A stretch of DNA of 64,000 bases from Amoebidium appalachense (Eukaryota > Protista > Ichthyosporea). The stretch covers positions 1,960,728 through 2,024,727 of the forward strand of contig CAVNZM010000018.1 in assembly GCA_963693365.1 (NCBI GenBank), written 5' to 3'. Positions 10,455 to 23,714 of the stretch are shown in pieces; position 1 is the stretch's first letter; the number at the start of each line of letters is the position of its first letter. A program made the translations under genes and the position numbers. Below the pieces are notes generated by a model. The model was not told where the DNA came from. It searched no databases and was given only the letters and a program-made list of their open reading frames with translations.

Positions 10455-11420
10455 TTCTCACCCCACTCTTTGCGGCTAGAACTTGTGTCCCATGCACCCC
10501 CCCCCCCCTCCCCCGCCCCCTCCCCCCCCCCCCGGGCCCCCCCCCCTTTTTCCTCCAAACACACCCGGATTCATCTTCTCGCAAATCATGCTGTGTAAGG
10601 GAACCTGTACCTCGTGACCAATGTTATTTGCTTCACCCTTAATTTCATTCGTACGTGCACACAAACCTCAAGCCTTTTTTTCTCCCTTAGTCTGTTCCGG
10701 AGCCGGATCGCGTACCACCTGAAATGCCTCTTAGCTCACATCTTAATCAATCTTAATTATCTCACATCTTAATCACTTTCCTTTTCTGTATATTTATCTT
10801 TCTTCTACAGAAATCGGACTTTGGTGTTTGCTTGAAAGTATTTTGGTTGTTGTCGGCTAGCTTCTAGGAGCAACAAGAAGGATGAGCACCCCCACCCACT
10901 CACCTACCCCCCCCCCCCCCCTTTGCACACGCACACACACACACACACACGCACACACACACACACCCCTCCCCCCCCCCCCCCCCCCCCTTCATCCTTT
11001 CCTCCCGCTCCCCTCATTCTCGTCCTCACTCTCTCTCTTCACGTTCACTCACAAACACACACTCTCTCTTTCTCCCCCCCCCCCCCCCCCCCCCCCCTCG
11101 TTTCTCTGTCTGTCCCCATCTCTCTCTCTGTCCCCCGCCCCTCGCATCTCTTTTTGCTCCCTGTTTCCCCCTCTTCTCTGTTTCAACACCTCGGGGGAGG
11201 GGGGGGGGGGGGGGGGGCTTCGGGGGGTCTGTGGGTGGGGGAGGGGGGGAGGAGGGGGAAGGGACAAATGAAGAGGAGGTTGCAGCTTAGTAAATTTGAG
11301 GGGGGCAAAGGAGGTGTGTACATCAGTGAAGAGGAGAGGGCTGTGGACTCTGCTCCTGTTTTCGTTTTGTTTATGTGTGCCCCTTCCCCCCCCCCCCCCC
11401 CCCCCCTCCCCCCCCCCCCC

Positions 11421-11452
<32 letters not shown>

Positions 11453-11789
11453 ACACACTTGGGTTGATAATTTCTTTTCTTTTGTTGCATGCTGCACTGT
11501 GTGTGCTTTGCCGTCTGCATTGTGTTGTTCGTCATGAATGTGTGTTTCATACTTTGCAACACATCCAACACCCCTCTCCCTGTGTGGGACTATTTCCTTC
11601 ACTTATGTTCTACTATGTATACCCTCCCTCTTTCCCTCCCTCCCTCTCCATCTATCTCTCTCTCTCTCTCTCTCACTCCCCCCCCCCCCCCCTCTCTCCT
11701 TCTCTCTCTCTCTCTCTCTCTCCCCCCCCCCCCCCCCCCAATACACACACACACTTTTCCGCCTTCCCCTCTTCCCCATTCTGAGCATT

Positions 11790-11989
11790 TATATTCCACA
11801 TGCCTTTTTTCTCTTGGCCTCTACGGTCATGGAAGGCTGTTTTCCTTTCTTGCCTTTGTATTCCGTGCACTCTGGTCATGCCTCTCTTCAGCCTGAGGAC
11901 GAACTTCCTCCATTCGCCCCGATCGGCAATATTGCCGCAGGGCAGGCGCCAACCTCCACCTTACTCCCTTCCTCTCCCTTCCCCCCCTT

Positions 11990-12020
<31 letters not shown>

Positions 12021-12200
12021 AGTTTTCAAACCACTTTATCTGTTCGCGCGCGCGCGCGCGCGCGCGCGCGCGCGCGTGTGTGTGTGTGTTGAGTGTGTGT
12101 GTGTGCGCACACACACACACACCTGCGAATATGAGGGCCTTAAGAGGAAAAGAACATGCACCACACCAACCAACATGCATAGATCACCCATACACGGGCA
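11790..12200 (-). pseudogene. Degenerate 3' remnant of an RTE-like LINE ORF
   Basis: The minus frame at 11960-11800 reads GGWRLPCGNIADRGEWRKFVLRLKRG, matching the W...A.DR..WR..V C-terminal motif of RTE-type ORF2. Upstream PLKALIFAG resembles the PK.LLFG motif. Interrupted by simple repeats. Confidence 0.45.
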
Positions 12201-12656
12201 CACACGTTGCCTTGGGGGTTGATCGTGTTTTTGGGTAGCAAAGTGTGTGTGTGCTGTACTGGTGTGTTTCCACTTTGAGACGTGTGCACATGTGTTTGTG
12301 GCTGTTCTGCACGTGAAATCCCATAGCCCCCACTCACGTTACCTTGGACTCATTATTTATACTAACAGTGTTGCCATTCATGCTTCACTCACTCGCACCA
12401 TCCCCCCCCCCCCCCCCCCCCCGTGCCTCCCCTCCCGCCTCCCCCCCCCCCCCCCCCCCCCCCCCCCCGCCCACACAAACACAAAACACGTTTCTCCTTT
12501 TTCTTGCATACTCCTGCAACCACAAATCCCGGGCCTTCCCACTGTTACGTGTGCTCACATCATTAACCCTGCTCGTTTTTGATCAAGACGGGTGCTACCC
12601 CTCCCCATCTACCTGCGTTTCACGGCTGGGAAGTGTCCATTAAATCATCCTTTTTT

Positions 12657-12693
<37 letters not shown>

Positions 12694-12994
12694 CCCCCTC
12701 CCCCCCCTCCCCCCCCCGGCCCCCCCCCCCCCCCCCCGTTTTTTTTGTTTTTTTTTTCAATTCTGTTTTTGTTTTTTTGTTTTTGCTTCTGGTTTCGCTA
12801 TTCCTGTGCCATTTTTTGTTTCGTCTATTGGTTTCTACACTTCCGGAAGGTTCGTTCGACCCTAAAGTATTAGTTGGAACCCTTTGGTCCGAAAGCGGCG
12901 CTGTCTACCTTGACGCGCAACAATTTTGCAAAGAGAGCTACTCATGCTGCCACTGCGGGTGTGTGTTTATCAACATCACCCTGCGATATAGCCA

Positions 12995-14137
12995 TCTTGG
13001 CGTCGAGTCGGCAAGTATCTACCGTAGCGGGACATTCATATTGGCTAATCCTCTTTAGTAACAGGAACCTCCCGATGAAAACCACGAAGACGTTTTCCCA
13101 ACCGAACAATTTTTTTGAAGCAGTAAACAAGAAAGACAAAGTTATATGGATATAAAAACCAACTACAGGAAAGAAGGAACTATAAGGAAATACCTTTTGT
13201 GTGTCTTCGAGGGCGGTTTGATTCACTGATTGAGTTTTGTTCTCGAATCTCGATCAATTGGACAGTCCGTTGCGCCAATCAGATCCCACAACGAACTCCA
13301 CCAATTGGAATGTTCGAATTAATGGAGATGGTGTAAAAACATGAAATCACAAGTCTCACAGTGTACCAAAATGCTTTATTGAATCAATTGTATAAACAGT
13401 AAAAAGATATAAACAACATTTGTTAAACCAACAATTTACTATTAATGAACTTCATTTGCTCTAAAACTCTATTAATTTAGTTGCTGCTTGTTTCTTGCCC
13501 TAAATGAAAAGCCTGCCACCGTCCTGGCATTAATGGTGTTATCCAATATGGGTGAGTTTTCACACAATTCCCATTTTGGCGGACGCTCATGAATAATCGA
13601 TTGGCCAAACAAGAACCACCAATAAACATAACACACCGCCATCAGGCTTTGCCTCGCCAGGCCTTCCGAACACACATGTGCACACACAAACGCTATTTAT
13701 TCATCGCAGGGGGGTTTCTACCTGCGGGCTTGTGTACGCTAGCGTGCGTATCCATTCATTTATTTGTTTCTTTTTCACCCATCATTTTGGTGTTTTCTTG
13801 CTTCGTTTTCTGAAGTTTCTGCTAGTGTGATACAGCCGGACTTGACCGGCAGCGAACGAAAATGAAGGCTGCGGCCGTCACACTTGCCCTGGCCCTTGCA
13901 GGCGCAGCGGAGGCCAACTTCTTCGGTGAGTGCAGAGCGTATTTGTCACTTCATAGCGCACAGATAATTTGCCCACCTATGGCACATACATACAAATAAA
14001 CATACTGTCACAGTGAGGAGCGCATGGCAGGTTTAACTTAACAAAGCACAAACCTCTTTGACACCGTGGCATGCTCACCCTCACTCAGTGGCGCATTTCA
14101 CTAGGTGAAAGAAACATGCGCACACATACATTACCGT

Positions 14138-14213
<76 letters not shown>

Positions 14214-17200
14214 ATACAGACACACCCTGGCACATGCACATCCGCTTATAAATGGACCGTGTGACGAACACAAAATGGGAAGGCTACCTATAGCCATTTT
14301 GCCCGTGTTACATGTTCACACAGGCCCTAGGCACACCTGCTTCCATAATGATAAGCGGCTTTGCATACTGTCACGGCAACACGAGCTCTTTATTCTTCGG
14401 GGAAAATTTACAACTCTTGACTGGACTAACGGTTGTTCAAATTAGTGTGAAGCCTTTCTATACACCATTCAGAACTCTGCTTTCTTTCTTTTCGGGGAAA
14501 AATATACTCTTGACTGGACTAACGGTTGTTCAAATTAGTGTGAAGCTTTTCTATACACTGTCCTGTGTGTCACAGTGTACAGTGCGACAAGGTTCATACC
14601 CAGCAACTGCAAGTGCAATGATTACACAAGACTTAGCGGCACACACACCACACATGAGTTCCATCCACTTTCAATGCACACACTGCAAAAACCCCGCTAA
14701 CACGTGCATCCCCCCCCCCCCCCCCCCCCCCCCCTCCACCCCCTCTTAGGATCGTGGTTCAGCAAAGGCACCACCGACTGCCCCCCAGGGTACGTCAAGG
14801 GTGCAAAAGGTTGGTGCGTCGCCATCAACCAATCAAAAGGCACAATCTGCGGATCGGTTTTCAGCGACACGAATCGCAACGGCCGCTTCGATTTGGGCGA
14901 GGCCGGTATCCCGGGTGTAACCGTCCACCTCGAAAATTCAAAGGGGACACGCGTTGCTACCCTTCTCACAACCAGCAACGGGAAGTACAGTTTCGTTAAC
15001 GCGCCGGACGGGACATACCGCGTGGTCGTGGAGAAAGTACCCTCGGGGCTTCAACAGACGGCGGATCCTGACGGCGTATTGAATGGTGCTACTACCGTGA
15101 CAATCACAAGCGGTAACGGAAAACAAAACGTCGATTTTGGTTATTCCGGTGGAAACGGTGGGAATAATGGAGGGGATGCACATAACACGTGGGTCGCGGG
15201 AACAGTCTACAACAGCAAGAGCCTAGGCGGCAAATATCGTCCTGGGGAGGGTCTCGCTAACGTTTTGATTCAATTGGTTGACGCGTCCGGGAATGTGGTT
15301 GCTAAGGGAACAACCAATAGCAACGGAGCGTACGAGATTAAGGCCGCGCCTGGGCGGTACACCGTTGTGGTTGCAAGCGGTGTACCCGCCACCCTCTCCC
15401 CCGCATACGAAGCGGATTCGAACCCCGACGGACGCACGAACGTCATTTTGACAAACGGTAAACGCACACAAGCTAGCTTCGGTTACGTTTCGGGTGGCTA
15501 CACTGTTGTTCCCGTTCCTCCCAAACCCACATCGGCTCCGGCTCCCATCCCCATGCCGGCCCCCGCCCCGAGCCCCGTTCCTAAGCCTTCTCCTTCCCCG
15601 GCACCGGCACCCGTTCCCGTCCCCATGCCCGCACCGGTACCCAAGCCATCCCCGGCACCTATGCCGGCTCCTATGCCCGCCCCGGTCCCGGCTCCCGTCC
15701 CTATGCCGGCACCCGTCCCCATCCCCGCCCCTGCCCCCATGCCGGCTCCTATGCCCGCGCCGGCACCGGCTCCCGTCCCTAAGCCCTCCCCGGCTCCCGC
15801 CCCAGCACCTGTTCCCATGCCGGCTCCCGCGCCCGTTCCCGTTCCCGCTCCTCAGCCCGGCAGCTATTCTGGAAGTATCTCCGGTGCTGTGTTTAAGGAT
15901 ACCAACGCCAACAAAACCCCGGATGACGGGGAAGAGATTAAGGGTGTTTCTGTCACCCTCAAATCACGCAGCGGCGCGGTGGTTCAGACCACCACCACGG
16001 ATGAAATGGGTGGGTATGTCTTTGTTGGAATTCCGGTTGGTACCTATGTTGTGGTGGTGAGCCCTATTGCCGGCCTTAAGGTGGTGTTTGAGAGCGACCC
16101 CAAGGACACCAATCTCGATGGAATTACTCAGGTAGGGTTTCCGCACCTTAAGCTCTCCACTCCCTCCCCTTCCCCCCTCGGAACCCCCCCCCCCCCCTCT
16201 CTCCCCCTCCTCCCCCTCCCCCCCCCCACCCCCCCCCTTCCCCAGCACACAAGTATGCGCTGCGAAGAAAGGTGCTGTTTTTGAGAAGGTGTTTTGCGGT
16301 TTTTCAAGGTGTGTTTTTGTGTGTGTGTGTGTGTGTAAAAAGGTGTTTAAACTTTGCCAGAAGGCGTGGTTTTTGGCTAAAAGGTGTGGTTTGCTTGTGC
16401 GAAAAGGTGTTAAACTCGGGATGTGTTGCATTGTCCGTACCGCATATTAGTTTTTACCTCTCCCCCCCCCCCCCCCCCCCCCCCCCCCGGACTCCGGCCA
16501 AAAAAGGAGTTTCTGTACTTTGGGTGTGTCATTGCTGCGTGTGGACTTCTTTCCCCCCCCCCCCCCCCCCCCCCCCCCTACTTATCCCCTTCCCGCCGTC
16601 CCCTCCACCCCCCCCCCCTCTCCCCCCACCCCCACCCCAACTCCCTCATATCGTGTGTTAGTGATGACTTGGGAACCTCCGCCTCCCCTTCCTCCCTTGA
16701 AGTTCCCCCCTCCCCCCTTCCCCTCCCTCACAAGGGCCTGTAATGCTTGTGAAATCCCCCCCCCCCCCCCCCCAACACACACACCCACTAGCACAACCAC
16801 CACCACCCATCCACCCGTCCCCCCCCACCCCCCCCCCCCCCCCCCCCCCCCCTGCCCTTCATGTCACTGCCAATGTGTGCTTTGTGCTAACACACACACA
16901 TTCTCCCCCCCCCCTCCCCCCACAGGTAGTACTTGTTGCTGGTGACGATCAAGTTGAAGGTGTTGACTTTGGCTACGCCCCCGGCACCACCCCGGCCCCG
17001 ACCCCAGCCCCCGCCCCTATCCCTGCCCCCATGCCGGCACCGGCACCAGCACCGGCACCCGTCCCCGTCCCCATGCCTGCACCGGCTCCCATGCCTGCCC
17101 CCTCTCCCATCCCGGCACCCGCCCCCGCCCCCGCCCCTATGCCGGCTCCCGCCCCGGCTCCGGTTCCCGTTCCCGTCCCCGCCCCATACCCGACCCCCGC

Positions 17201-20200
17201 ACCGGCTCCAGGTACAAGCAGTACGATTTCCGGTCTGATCTTTGTCGATAAGGATGGGAATGGCGAATACACGAACGGCGAGGGGGGCCCAGGCGTTAAG
17301 GTAGAACTGCGCTCACCCACCGGAGCCGTTATCGCCACCGCCACGACGGATTCCACGGGCCAGTATGTGTTTAAGGGTGTGGCGCAGGGCACGTATGTTC
17401 TCGTGCCTTCCGTCCCCACCACCTGGGATATTCTATTTGATGCAGATGACAGTGCCGATGGAAAGACAACTGTTACGGTCAGCAGCAGTGAGCCAATGAT
17501 GGAGGGATATGACTTTGCTTACGTCATCAAGTCGGCTCCTATCCCGGCACCCTCCCCCACACCCGCACCCGCCCCTGCCCCTGCTCCGGCTCCCATTCCC
17601 GCACCCGCACCCGCTCCTATGCCTGCACCTGCCCCGGCACCCGTTCCCAAGCCGTCTCCCTCCCCCGCCCCCATGCCGGCACCTGCCCCCGCACCTGCAC
17701 CGGTTCCCATTCCTGCTCCGGCGCCGGCACCCGTCCCCATCCCAGCCCCCATGCCTACCCCCGCCCCCGCCCCCACGCCGGTGCCGGTTCCCTACCCGTC
17801 GCCCGCACCCACCCCGGCTCCCATGCCGGCTCCGGCCCCCGCACCCGTCCTCGTTCCGGCACCGGGCACAACCGGAAGTGTTTCCGGTCTCATCTTCGTT
17901 GACAAGAACGGGGATGGTGATTACACCGAGGGTGAGGAAACCCCGGGCGTTAAGGTGGAACTGCGCTCACCCACCGGCACCGTAATCGCCACTGCCACGA
18001 CGGATTCCACGGGCCGGTACGTGTTTAAGGGGGTGGCGCAGGACACGTACGTGCTTGTGCCGGTGGTAGCACCCACGTGGACACCGCTGTTCGATGCCGA
18101 TGATGCTGCCGACGGCAAAACCGCCGTCACAGTTAGCAGTGAGCCACAGGAGAACTATGACTTTGCTTACACCGTGGCAGGGCACCCAGAACCCACCCCG
18201 GAACCCGTTCCCAAGCCGTCTCCCTCCCCCGCCCCCATGCCGGCATCTGCCCCCGCACCTGCACCGGTTCCCATTCCTGCTCCGGCGCCGGCACCTGTCC
18301 CCATCCCAGCCCCCATGCCTACCCCCGCCCCCGCCCCCATGCCGGCTCCGGCCCCCGCAGCCGTCCCCGTTCCGGCACCGGGCACAACCGGAAGTGTTTC
18401 CGGTCTGATCTTTGTCGATAAGGATGGGGATGGCGAATACACGAACGGCGAGGGGGCCCCAGGCGTTAAGGTAGAACTGCGCTCACCCACCGGAGCCGTT
18501 ATCGCCACCGCCACGACGGATTCCACGGGCCAGTATGTGTTTAAGGGTGTGGCGCAGGGCACGTATGTTCTCGTGCCTTCCGTCCCCACCACCTGGGATA
18601 TTCTATTTGATGCAGATGACAATGCCGATGGAAAGACAACTGTTACGGTCAGCAGCAGTGAGCCAATGATGGAGGGATATGACTTTGCTTACGTCATCAA
18701 GTCCGCTCCTATCCCGGCACCCTCCCCCGCACCCGTCCCCATGCCGGCACCTGCTCCGGCGCCGGCACCCGTCCCCATCCCAGCCCCTATGCCTACCCCC
18801 GCCCCCGCCCCCGCCCCCGCCCCCGCCCCCACGCCGGTGCCGGTTCCCTACCCGTCGCCCGCACCCACCCCGGCTCCCATGCCGGCTCCGGCCCCCGCAC
18901 CCGCACCCGTCCCCGTTCCGGCACCGGGCACAACCGGAAGTGTTTCCGGTCTCATCTTCGTTGACAAGAACGGGGATGGTGATTACACCGAGGGTGAGGA
19001 AACCCCGGGCGTTAAGGTGGAACTGCGCTCACCCACCGGCACCGTGATCGCCACTGCCACGACGGATTCCACGGGCCGGTACGTGTTTAAGGGGGTGGCG
19101 CAGGACACGTACGTGCTTGTGCCGGTGGTAGCACCCACGTGGACACCGCTGTTCGATGCCGATGATGCTGCCGACGGCAAAACCGCCGTCACAGTTAGCA
19201 GTGAGCCACAGGAGAACTATGACTTTGCTTACACCGTGGCAGGGCACCCAGAACCCACCCGGGCACCCGTCCCCAAGCCGTCTCCCACCCCCGCCCCGGC
19301 TCCGGCTCCCATCCCGGCCCCTGCCCCCATGCCTGCGCCGGCCCCAGCACCCGCACCGGCACCTGTTCCCAAGCCGTCTCCCTCCCCTGCCCCCATGCCG
19401 GCACCTGCACCGACACCGGCACCTGTTCCGAAACCCGCCCCCATGCCGGCCCCGGCCCCGGCCCCAGTCACGCCGGGAGGTTACGGTACGGTTGGCGGTG
19501 CTGTCTTTAACGACATTAACGGAGATCAGATTCCCGATGACGGTGAGGGCGTGAGCGGTGTCACCGTGACACTGACACAGGGAGGAAAGGTTCTCATGAC
19601 AACCACGACGGACGCCGACGGTTTCTATACCTTCTCGAATGTTCCGGCTGGGAAATACACCATTGTTTTGGGTGTTGTGAGTGGGTACAAGATTATTGCC
19701 GAACACGATAACGTCCCTGACGGTATGACGGATGTTAGTGCGGGTGTGAATGGTGCCGATATGGAACAGGATGGGTATGATTTCGTTCTGCAGAAGGGTA
19801 CCCCCGCCCCTGCACCCGTTCCCGCCCCGGCTCCCGTCCCTAACCCATCCCCGGCACCCACACCCGCCCCTGCCCCCATGCCGGCACCTGCCCCGGCACC
19901 CAAGCCTACGCCTGCCCCGGCCCCGGCCCCCGTGCCAATTCCCGCGCCCGCACCTATGCCGGCACCTGCCCCGGCACCGGCACCCAAGCCTACCCCTGCC
20001 CCGGCACCCGCCCCCATGCCTGCGCCCGCGCCTGCACCGGCTCCCAAGCCTACCCCTGCCCCCGTCCCAGTTCCCATGCCATATCCGTCGCCGGCACCCG
20101 CACCTGCCCCGGCACCTAAGCCTACCCCTGCCCCGGCACCTGCCCCCGTTCCAATGCCCGCTCCCGCCCCCATGCCGGCACCAGCCCCTGCCCCTGCCCC

Positions 20201-21940
20201 GGCACCAGCACCTGCCCCGGTCCCTAAGCCTACCCCAGCCCCGGCCCCTGCACCCGTCCCCGTTCCCGCGCCTATCCCCATGCCTTACCCATCTCCGGCG
20301 ACCGTCGGCAGCATTAGCGGTGTTCTATCGGTCGATCGCAATGGAAACCTGCAGGCAGATGCCGGCGAGGGATTGGCCGGCGTGAGGATAGCCCTGCTGA
20401 CAGCCAACGGCCAGATGGTTGCCGTGACAACCACCAAATCAGACGGCTCGTATTCGTTCCAAGGTCTCCCATTGACTAAGTATCAGGTGGGCATCGTTGC
20501 CGAGACCGTCCCCGCAGGCATCACCCTCTCTATGGAAGCCGATGGAACAACCGACGGAATTGTTGGCATTCAGCTTGCAGCTGAGCAGGAAGATGCCACT
20601 GGTGCTGATTTCCTATTCGTCCCCGCGTCCGCCCCCATGCCTGCTCCCGCACCCACGCCCGCGCCTGCCCCCGCCCCCGTTCCCATCCCTGCGCCGTACC
20701 CTACTCCCTCCCCGGCCCCGGCACCCATGCCGGCACCCGCCCCCTGCCCCCACTCCGGCCCCCACCCCCGCCCCTATTCCAGCACCAGCGCCCGTGCCTG
20801 TTCCGGCTCCGGCACCCGTCCCTGTTCCCGTACCCGCGCCGTATCCTACCCCCATGCCGGCCCCTGCCCCCCACCCCGGCTCCCGCTCCTATGCCGGCAC
20901 CCGCCCCTGCACCGGCACCGGCACCCGCTCCGGTCCCTATGCCTGCCCCCTCGCCTGCTCCGGTCCCTGTACCCATGCCGGCTCCGGCCCCGGCTCCCGT
21001 TCCCATTCCCGCCCCGGCACCCACACCGGCACCGGCACCGGCTCCTTCCGCCGCCAAGAAATGTTCGATTAGCGGGCACGTGTTCGAGGATAAAAATACC
21101 AACGACATATATGACGCCGGTGAGCAGATGGCCAGAATCTCTGTGAGCGTTAAAGATCGCACCGGAAAGGTTGTGGCTACCACCACCACCCGTTCCACCG
21201 ACGGGCTGTATTGGTTCGATGATTTGCCGGCTGGGTCTTACACGGTGATCGTTAATAAGGTACCGGCCGGTTTTTCGGCGAGTATTGATAATGATGGGTT
21301 GCCGGATGGTATGACGGTTGTGAACGTAGTCGATGGACAGACGACACAGAATGTGGATTTTGCGTATCAGCAGGGTATTTATTAGGCGGGTGGTTGGGTG
21401 GTTTGTCTTTAATTGTTGGGTTGGTTAGATGTTTGGTGGTGAAATTGTTAAAGATTGTTAAAGGAGATGCAAAACGGGAGAGAGAGATGCTAATTTTAGC
21501 TGCTGACAAAGACGCTTGATTGGCTCAATCTCACGTGATGTATTTCGCCTGTGTGACTGACCTATTATTGATGTTCTGTATAGATCTGAGCACCTTGTGG
21601 ATAGATTTTGACTTAGCCAGCGCTATTGAAAAATGTTCATATTTTACGTGTGTGAATAGCCAATGAGCGAATATTCTTAGAAATTACAGAAAAAAGCAAA
21701 AAGGCGCCCCTCCCCTGGCGGGACTGGGTGGGTTTCACACTAGTTGATGATACTGCCCATAATGCCTTATTGTTTGTACAGAATAATACGACAAACTCAT
21801 AAAACAAGAGATGGCCGTGTGATTACTTGTTTTCCCCCCCCTCCCTATCCTTCTCTTTTCCGGTGGGGGGGGGAGGGGATCAAGACGTAGCTGTCACCGC
21901 CACACACCAACGTGAGCGCGCGCGCAATCTCCAACCCCCC

Positions 21941-21971
<31 letters not shown>

Positions 21972-22131
21972 AAAAAAAAAAAAAAAAGCTTTGGGGCAAA
22001 CAAAAAAAGAAGAAGAAAGCAACACCGCCACTACAAATTACGTCACACATGCACACACAGGCATACACGAGAACTTGCTACATGTGCGTTAGAACACAAG
22101 TGCCAACTTCCCTGTATCATCGACACCCTCT

Positions 22132-22184
<53 letters not shown>

Positions 22185-22749
22185 ACACACACACACATTT
22201 CCCTCACGCACTCACCCACACACCATTCTATTTTCCCCATTCGCCTGAATTAAACTTCCGGAGTCTCCCAAGCAACAGGCACCATCGAGCCATCAGACGG
22301 GGCTGTGATACTCTCCCTTCCCCGCCTCCCCCTCCCCCCCCCTCCCCCCCCCCCCTTTCCCACACCCCACCCACCTGCCCATACCCACCCTACCTCCACC
22401 GTCCATGGCCACGTACTCCCCCTTTTCTCTCTCTCTTCCCCCCCCTCCCCCCACCCCACCCCCCTCCCCCTCTTCCCCTCCCCCCCCCCCCCCCCCCCCC
22501 CCATCTACCTATATAAACCCACTGACATCTAGCTCAGTACTATACTCCAAGCTACTTAGGCCTGTTAATGTTTAAATCAACAAGAAAGAAACTCACGATC
22601 GACCATGAAAATGTCCAAATTTAAAAGGATAAGCATTCGTGTTATCTGGATAAATGAACGTTGGGTTAGTATAGCCATTTTTAGTGTAATCTTGGGACGC
22701 ACAGCGTGGGTTTTGGGAGGGGGCGGGGGGAAGGGGCGGGGCGGGGCCG

Positions 22750-22785
<36 letters not shown>

Positions 22786-22968
22786 GAGGAAAATGATTGG
22801 ACCGGGTATATGCCCAAACTCAACGATTGGTTGACTATAGACAGCCCGAAACACACATGTTATCGCCGATGGTTATAATTGTCTGACTAAAGATCAACCC
22901 TCCCTGTCTGTTCCTGTCTCCTTCCTCCTCTTCTCCCTCCCCTCCCCTCCCCGTCTCCCCCCCCCCCC

Positions 22969-23001
<33 letters not shown>

Positions 23002-23437
23002 CCCCCCCCCCCCCCCCCCTCTCTTTGTTTCCATAAATGTTTGTGCCACTTTTGTGCTGAACCTTTCTCTCGAAAACATTTAGACAGATGTATTTATTTA
23101 TCTCAGATTATTCCGTTCGAACTGAGACGATTAGCTTACTTAGATAATCCTGATATTACTTCTATTGACTATATGTTAAATCACCCGGGTCCGTATGATT
23201 AATGAGTTTTCTCGGGTATATGATTATCTTAGTCGTTATCTCCTCCGTATCCGTGAGTAAGGCATTTTTGTATTTTCTTCTCTGAGATATCTGTGATATC
23301 TCACATGCTTCTTTATTGATGAGCTTATCAATAAAGTCTTAATAAAAAATAGTAATCAGTCAGAAATAGAACATGTGACTGATCCCCCCCCCCCCCCCCC
23401 CCCAAGCTCGCTCCCCCCTGCATTCTAGCTCGTTCCC

Positions 23438-23494
<57 letters not shown>

Positions 23495-23504
23495 CGCCGC
23501 TTCT

Positions 23505-23574
<70 letters not shown>

Positions 23575-23714
23575 CTCTCTCTCTCTCTCTCTCTCTCCCT
23601 CCCTCCCTCCCTCCCCCCTCTCTCTCTCTTCCCCTTTCCCCGTGCACCCCCCCCCCCCCCCCCCCCCCCCCCACACACACACCACGACCACCACACACAT
23701 ACACTGTAACACAG
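12995..23714 (+). repeat. Left arm of large inverted duplication
   Basis: Colinear reverse-complement match to 25579-36322. The left arm has an extra ~230 bp at about 13019-13248. Confidence 0.95.
13862..21385 (+). CDS. Secreted SdrD B-like domain repeat protein with Pro/Ala-rich linkers, copy A (~1967 aa if two +1 homopolymer shifts are corrected)
   Basis: Exons 13862-13925, 14750-16131 and 16926-21385, GT-AG with compatible phases. Signal peptide [18 protein letters not shown]. Ten domains of the pattern G.VF.D.N.NG...GE.G..GV.V.L....G..VAT..T...G.Y.F ... DF(G/A)Y. Apparent frameshifts at C runs 20740-20744 and 20867-20872. Confidence 0.9.
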
